From the IMG/VR virus record IMGVR_UViG_3300023110_000035, positions 1 to 62,417 of that record: a stretch of 62,417 nt of DNA. One strand, 5' to 3'. Under the pieces are notes generated by a model that worked only from the letters and a program-made list of their open reading frames with translations, ran no database searches and was not told the DNA's origin. Origin of the DNA: a virus. Lineage: Duplodnaviria > Caudoviricetes. Positions 49,101-58,100 of the stretch are shown in pieces. Both the position numbers and the translations under genes were made by a program. Numbering within the stretch: the stretch's first letter is position 1; every line of letters begins with the position of its first letter.

Positions 49101-52100
49101 ACTTCTTTCATTACCATTGTATTTTAAATCGGTTGCTACCGCATCTACGATGTATCCAATATCTCTCTTACATTTGGATTCAGAGTAGTAGAAATCACTC
49201 CAAGAAGAACTTAGATAAGCGATTGTTTCATTTTGAATAAATTCTTTATTTTCAAACAATAAGTTGTATGATGCAGATACTTCATTCGATGCAGTTACAA
49301 ATGTTCTATTTCTAACAATGTGTTGTGCTAATGTACTAGCATAGTTAATACCATCTAATGTTTGTTGTAATTGAGAACCAGTTGCTTGTGATGGATATTC
49401 TAAATAGAATTTACCATTTACTACCGATGCTGAATTAGAGTTCCAAATCAAATCCTCAGCTGCACCAGAGATAATTAAACCAACATCTCTCTTACACTTA
49501 ATATCATCATATTCAAATGTACTCCAAGAAGATGAGATATAAGCCACAGTTTCTTCTTTGATAAACTCTAAGTTATTTTTTAACAATTGATAAGCTAACT
49601 TAGCTTTTGGAGAATCAGATGGAGTTGTGTACTCAATAATAGCTGGTGCCGAACCACTACCATTTTCAATAATATCAGTTACAATAGCTACTGATGAAGA
49701 AATAATTTTAGCTTGTAATTTATCAGCAGCTGATGATGAGATATATTGTGGTGTGTTTGTTACTTTTATTAAATTATCTATATCAGTATTATTTCTTATA
49801 ATAGATGGTTTTTGTGATAATCCATTTTCTACTATATTAGAAACTATTCCAAATCTATTTTCAACAATTGAAAATTCATTTGCTGAAGCTGATACTGAAG
49901 ATGAATATTGCGTTGTATTAGTAAATTTACGTTTGTTGTAAGTATTATCAACAAAATCATCAATTGATGATGTTGTGTTCTCAATAATATCATTAATTAA
50001 TGAGAATGATTCAGATACTAATGTTTTTTCAGAACTTACAGTGTAATCACCACTAGCAGTTACATATGAAGATGTAGTTAGTTGTTGTGGTGTGTCTAAC
50101 TCAGAAGTTTGGAAATGCTTAGCGATAGTAAATGGAATATCATCAGAACCTAATCTAATAATATCGTTAATCATATCAATACTAGCTGATATAATTCCTA
50201 TCTGAGTTTGTGAACCATTATATGATTCAGTAACTTGTAATGTATCCGTTACTTTAGTTAGTGAATTAACATTTCTAATTTCGTATGGTAAAGTACTTAC
50301 AGAACTTAGTTCAGTTCTAACAAATGTATGATTTGATTGAGGTAAGTGTTTAATTGCTCCATCAGATGCTGATACAAATGTGTGAAGTGATTGTGGTTCA
50401 TGCTTAACTGCTCTATTAGATGCAGATACGAATGTGTGTAACGAACCAGAAGCACTTCCAGCATCACCCACATTGATTGTAAATGTACCATCTTGTCTTT
50501 CCAATCCATCGTTAGTTGCTGATACAAATGTATGTGCTCCCACATATGGAGATGAACCAATATTAATATCAAATGTATTTGTAGTTACATTTGAAATCTC
50601 TAACCATCTTCCACTTGGATAATCGTAATTAGGTCTTGGATAAGATTTTGTAGTTGTATTACCATCCAATACACAAGTATAAGTTAGAGAGTTATCATCC
50701 AATTTGATGTAATCTCCATTACTAAATCCATGTGATGTGATTGTTATTGTAACATCACCAGTTGCCGAATCATAAGGTGCATCAGTTACAGTATGAGAGG
50801 TTGTACCAACTGAAGTAATTACAATTGATTTTCCTGCATATGGGTCTGAACCTGGTCTTGGATAAGAATGAGTTGTAGCATCATTATCTTGGTCACAAGT
50901 AAATGCAAATGATTCATCTTCTAATACTACACTTCTACCAACACCCAATCCGAATGATTCACTAACAGTCAATATCATATCTCCACTTAAAGCGTTGTAA
51001 GATGCAGATATAGGTGTGAAATATTTATTCGGACCTGATGCTCCTACATTAAATGTCATTGTAGTATCAGTTACAGCCGTAAGAGGAATTGAACGAACTG
51101 CTTTAGGGTCTATACCAACTCTTGGGTATGATTTAACTGATTGGTTATCATCCATATCACAAGTGAATGCGAATGATTCAGCTTCCATAATAACACCCTC
51201 ACCCACACTTAAACTATGGCTTTCCACAGTTACTACAAAATCACCAGTTGCTGGGTCATAAGTTGCGTTAGTTGGATTAAATTCTACATTTGGACCTGAT
51301 TTACCAACATTTACAGTTATAGTATTCGTTGTTACAGATTGTATTTCCAGTCTATTGTTATAAGCAGGTTGTCCAATTGATGGTAAAATGTGTTCAGTTC
51401 TATTACCATCCATATCACAAGTAAATGTGAATGAATCTGGTTTTATATAGATACCATTTTTATTAGTTAATGTGTGATTTGCAATAGTCATTACAAAATC
51501 ACCAGTAGCTGGGTCATATGTTGCATCCGTTGGAGTAAATGATTTTATTCCATCGGTTATAATCCCATTAACCATTTCAAATGATGAACTTACTTCATTT
51601 AAGTTACTACCACTAATAGCCATAGAACCACTATATTGTGGAACACCATCAATTTTGATATGATTTTCACTATTAAAGATAATTTTAGGTCTTTCTAATA
51701 TTTCGTTAAGAACAACACTATTTAAAACAGTCTCAGCGTATCTAATTCCTTCTACTGTTTCCTTTAATTGGAATGTAGTTGCTTGAGATGGATATCTATA
51801 ATAGTAATCACCAGCGATGATACTTCTCTCATTTCCTCCCCATAGTAAATCGGTTGCAACTGCATCTATTATAAACCCAGTATCTCTCTTACATTTTTCT
51901 CTATTGTAAGTAAAGTATGGATATAAACTATCAATAAATTCAACAGTTTCCGATTGAATCATTGACCTGTTGTTTCTAATTCTATTATAAGATTCTAATA
52001 GGTTACTATCAGGATTTACTAATAGTGTATTTTGAATAATTTTTTCTGATAATCCAGCTGCATGTTTTACACCAGTAATTGTTTGGTCTAATTGAGTAGT

Positions 52101-55100
52101 TGTTGCTTCAGATGGATATCTATAATAGAACTCACCCGCTACTACACTTCTCTCATTACCACCATAAACTACATCAGTTGCGATAGCATCAATAATATAT
52201 CCAACATCTCGTTTACATTTAGATTCTATATAATCAAATGTACTCCAAGAAGAACTAATGAAATGAATAACTTCATTTTGAATTAATTCTTTATTATCAA
52301 TTAATAAATCTTTAGTTGCTAATCTTTCCAATGAAGATGTTACTAGTGTTGTATTATTAATTAATTTATTTGTTAATCGTTGTGCGTAAGTAATACCATC
52401 AATAGTTTGTACTAATTGTGAACCAGTTGCATCTGATGGATATAGATAATAGAATTCCCCAGCGTTTACTGCTCTTTCATTACCACCATATACGAAATCG
52501 GTTACAACCGCATCTATAATATATCCAGTATCTCTTCTACATTTAGCTTCATTATATTCAAAAGTACTCCAAGAAGAAGAAAGGAATTGAATAGTTTCTT
52601 CTTGTATTAAACTTCTATTTTCAGAAATTAATTCTGCTACTCCTAACGTTTGTAATTCAGGTAATTGTAAAACTTCATTTTGAAGTATCTTATTAGATAT
52701 TCTTCTAGCGTAATTAATTGCATCAACAGTTTGATTTAATTGTGAACCAGTTGCTGCAGATGGATTACTATAATAGAAAGATGCTGCTTGTACTGAACGT
52801 TCATTACCACCATATAAAATATCAGTTGCTGCTGCATCTATAATATGCCCAATATCTCGTCTACACAATATATCAGAGTAAACGAAATCACTCCAAGATG
52901 ATGATATGTATTCAATCGTTTCATTTTGAATTAATAACTTATTATCTAACAATAATTGATGTGAAGCAGATGCTTCAGTAGATGGTTCTACAAATTCAAT
53001 GTTTTGAATTAACTTCTGAGTAATTTTACTAGCATATTCAATACCATCTAATGTTTGATTTAATTGAGATGTTTCAGCTTGAGATGGGTATTCTAAATAG
53101 AACTTACCATTTACTACCGATGATGATACCGTACCCCAAATTAAATCTTCAGCCGCACCAGATATAATTAAACCAATATCTCTACCACATTTAACTTCAT
53201 CATACGAAGCTGTACTCCAAGACGATGATAAGTATGCTAAACTTTCAGATTGGATAAATGAAATATTATTTCTAATAATTTCGTATGCAGCTATTGTTGA
53301 TTCATCGGTTTGAGGTCCACTTCCAGTATCATATAAACTAGCAGTGTATGAACCAGATGTACCCAATTGTACCATATTGTAAACTATCGATACCGATGAT
53401 GATACAAAACTAACATTTTCTAATGTACCACTTACCGAAGATGAAATGTACTGAGGTACATCGGTTACTTTTATACTAGCTGATGTATTATGAATTTCAT
53501 TAGGTAAACTACTTACTGAATTTTCAGTAGTTCTAACAAATGTATGATTTGATTGAGGTAAATGCTTTACTGCTCCATTTGATGCTGATACAAAAGTGTG
53601 AACCGATTGAGGTTCGTGCTTAACAGCTCCATTGGATGCTGATACAAATGTATGGATTGAACCAGAAGCACTCCCAGCATCACCTACATTAATTGTAAAC
53701 GTACCATCTTGTCTTTCTAATCCATTCGATGTAGCAGATACGAAAGTATGAGCTGCTGTATATGGAGAAGAACCAATATTAATATCAAATGTGTTTGTAG
53801 TTACATTAGAAATTTCTAACCATCTACCTGATGGATAATCTATTCCAGTTCTTGGATAAGTCTTTTGAGTTGTATTACCATCTAATACACAAGTGTATGT
53901 TAGTGAATTATCAGAAAGTTTAATGTAATCACCATTACTAAATCCATGTCCAGCTATTGTTATAGTGACATCTCCGTTTGATGCGTTATAAGGTGCATCG
54001 GTTACAGTATGAGAGGTTGTACCAACTGATGTAATTACAATTGATTGTTCAGCGTATGGGTCAGAACCTAATCTCGGATAAGAGTGAGTAGTTGCGTTAC
54101 CATCCATATCACAAGTAAATGCGATAGATTCGTTTTCTAATACTACACTTCTACCAACACCTAAACCAAATGATTCAGAAACAGTTAAAATCATATCTCC
54201 AGTCAATGCGTTATAATCAGCATTTGTTGGAGTAAAGTATTTATTAGGACCCGATGCTCCTACGTTAACAGTCATTGTAGTATCGGTGATTGAAGTAATC
54301 TTCATTGAACGACCAGCATAAGGGTCTATACCTAATCTAGGGTAAGATTTAACTGATTGGTCATCATCCATATCACAAGTGAATGCAAATGATTCAATAT
54401 CTAATATAATCCCCTCACCAACACTTAAACTATGAGTACCAGTTGTAATTACAAAATCACCAGTTGCAGGGTCATATGTTGCGTTAGTTGGATTAAATTC
54501 TACATTTGGACCCGATTTACCAACATTAACAGTTATAGTATTATCAGTTACCGATGTTATTGGTAATTTATTAGTATAAGCTATTTGACCAACTGATGGT
54601 AGATTGTGCTCAGTTTTATTATCATCCATATCACAAGTGAATGTGAATGATTCTGGTCTTAGGTAAATACTATCAGAAACACCATAACTATGATTTTCAA
54701 TAGTCATTACAAAATCACCAGTAGCAGGGTCATAAGTTGCATTGGTTGGGGTGTATCCCATACCATTTTGTAAAACATCAATAACAATTGCATAGGATGA
54801 ACTTACATTATTTAGTTCATATTCAGATGGTGTTATTGAAGATGTAATTTGTGATGTATTTGTTACTTTTATTGAACCAGATGTATTTTCAACAATAGTT
54901 GGTAAAGTACTTACCGAATCTTCGCTTGTTCTAACAAAGGTGTGGGTTGATTGTGGTAAATGTTTAATAGCTCCATTTGAAGAAGATACAAATGTATGAA
55001 CTGATTGTGGTTCATGCTTTACAGCGTTTGCTGAAGCTGATACAAATGTGTGTAAAGAGTTTGATGCCGTTCCACCATCTCCTACATTAATTGTAAATGT

Positions 55101-58100
55101 ACCAGTTTGCCTTCTTATACCACCATTAGTTGCGGATACAAATGTATGAGCTCCAGTGTAAGAAGATGAACCTATGTTAATATCAAATGTATCAGTTGTT
55201 ACATTTGAAATTTGTAACCATCTTCCACTTGGGTAATCATATCCAGCTCTTGGATAAGATTTTTCAACAGTATTACCATCCAATACACAAGTATAGGTTA
55301 ATGCTCCATCATCAACTTTAACATAATCTCCATTACTAAATCCATGCCCAGCGATAGTTAAAGTTACAATCCCAGTAGATGCATTATAAGGAGCATTTGT
55401 TGGTGTATGTTGAGTATTTCCAACTGATTTAATTTCTATCGATTTACCAGCATATGGGTCTGAACCTGGTCTTGGATAAGAATGAGTTGTTGCATCTGAA
55501 TCTTGGTCACAAGTGAATGCAAATGATTTATCCTCCAATACTACACTTCTTCCAACTCCCAATCCATGTTGTCCAACAGTTACAATCATATCACCAGTCA
55601 ATGCGTTATAAGATGCGGATGAAGGAGTAAAGTATTTATTCGGACCTGATGCTCCAACATTAAATGTTAACGTAGTATCAGTTACCGAAGTAATTGGAAT
55701 AGAACGAACTGCAAACGGGTCAATACCAACTCTTGGATAAGATTTAACTGATTGGTCATCATCCATATCACAAGTGAATGCAAATGATTCTGGTGAAAGT
55801 ACAATACCTTCTCCAACACTTAAAGTATGATTCCCAACAGTTGCAACGAAATCTCCAGTTGCTGGGTCATAAGTTGCGTTAGTTGGATTAAATTCAATGT
55901 TTGGACCTGATTTACCAACATTTACAGTTATAGTATCATCGGTTATCGAAGTTATAGTTAATTGTTTGTTGTATGCGGGTTGTCCAACTGAAGGTAATTT
56001 GTGCTCAGTTCTATTACCATCCATATCACAAGTGAATACGAATGATTCTGGCTTTAAGTAAATTCTATCACCAACATCTAAACCATGTTGAGAAACAGTC
56101 ATTACAAATTCACCATCAGCTGGATTATAAGTTGCTGCAGTTGGTGTAAATGAATCTACACCATTTTTCAATATTTCTATTGTAGTTGCAAATGATGAAC
56201 TAATTTCATGCGATTCATCAACCGAAGCACTAAATGAAGATGAATATTGAGATATGTTTGATATCTTAATATTATCAACATTGTTAGTAGTTATTTCAAC
56301 AAATCCTTTAGATGGAACTTCAATATATCTTTGAGTATCCGAAATTGGTAAATTATCAACCACATTGATAATACCACTAGCAGATACATTATTACCATTT
56401 ACATAATATAATCTATCTGGTGCTTCTAATGGAACAATAAATGTTAAAGTTCCAAAGTTTACACCATTATTAGTTACACCCTCATTATAAAGAGCTTCTT
56501 TATCCGGCTTCCTAGCGGTTTTAATATAGAATGGATTTAAATCGTATTTTAAAGCATTTACTGAGAAGGTGTACATTTCACCCCTCTTCAATGTTAAAGT
56601 TGGGTCTTTAATACCATCTCTGAATGAACCTGTATTTTCAACTAAATTGAAGTAACCTCCAGCGGATACACCATCAAACTCATCTAATTGTGCTTGATTT
56701 AAAATATAGTAATCACCAGTTTCTGGAGTAATAACTTCATAGTAAGTTGAGGTATCAAAAGAACCACTCAAACTTAAACTACCAGAAGTACCATATCTAA
56801 TGATATCGATAATATCTGAAAATGAAGATGATACTTTTAATGATTCACTAACTGATGAAGTTATAGAACCTGTAATTTGTGTATCACTTCCAAATTTAAT
56901 ACCAGCATCTGTATTTTCAACTAAATCAAAAGTTGGTATTATTGTAGTTGTTACTGTTTTTGCTAAACCATCACCATAAGAATCTTTAGGAATACCAATA
57001 GTAGAAATTGGGTCTCCTATTTGAGATTCAGGCACTGGAGCTGAACCAGTTCCGATTGTTTCTTCAGTTACAATAGAACTACCACTTTCAATAATTTTAA
57101 TTACAGTATCAAAACTTCCAGATATATCATCAAAAATAGATGAACTAATTGATGTTGATACAGAAGCTGTTACTTGTAATATTTCGGATACGTTTAATGG
57201 GGATGTTACACTCCAATCAAAACTACCTGTATTTTCAGCTATTGCTGATAATATGGAATCATTTCCAAATCTAATAATATCTTCAACTATACCAACCGAA
57301 CCACTTATGTGCTTTGATTCAAATTCAGTACCACCCATTGATGATGTTACATAATCAACATCACCAACTTTAATTCTTTTATTAATGTTTAATTGTTGAC
57401 TTGGTATTTCTAATAAGTTGGATTTAGCAACTTCACCTACAAATCCCTTAGAATATCTTATACCTTCTAATGTTTCTTCTAATTGAGTTGTATTAGCAAT
57501 AGATGGATATGAAAAATAGTATAAACCTGCGTTTTGAGTTCTTTCTACACCACCATATTTTAAATCAGTAAGTACTGCATCTAAAATGTATCCAGTATCT
57601 CTCTTACATTTTACCTCATTGTAAGAAAAGTTTGGATATGTTGTATTGATATATGTAATCGTTTCATTTTGAATTAAAGAACGATTTTCAAATATAGTAT
57701 CAATTACCTCTAATGTTGATGAAGATTGAGTTACAAAAGTTATATTTTTAACTAATTTTTCAGCAAGTCTTTTAGCATAATTTATACCATCAATTGTTTG
57801 GTTTAATTGACCATCTGTATTTGATTGGAAATTAACTGTAGCGTTTGATGGATATTTGTAATAGAAATTACCAGCAATAACACTTCGTTCATTACCACCA
57901 TATTTTATATCAGTTGCAACCGCATCTATAATATATCCAATATCTCTAGCACATTTAGCTTCATTATAATCAAATGTACTCCAAGAAGATGAAAGATATG
58001 CAATTGATTCAGATTGAATAAATCTTTTATTTTCAAATAATAATTCGTATGCATTATCAGCTTCAACAGTTGTTTCTTGGAATGTTATATCAGCAAGTAT

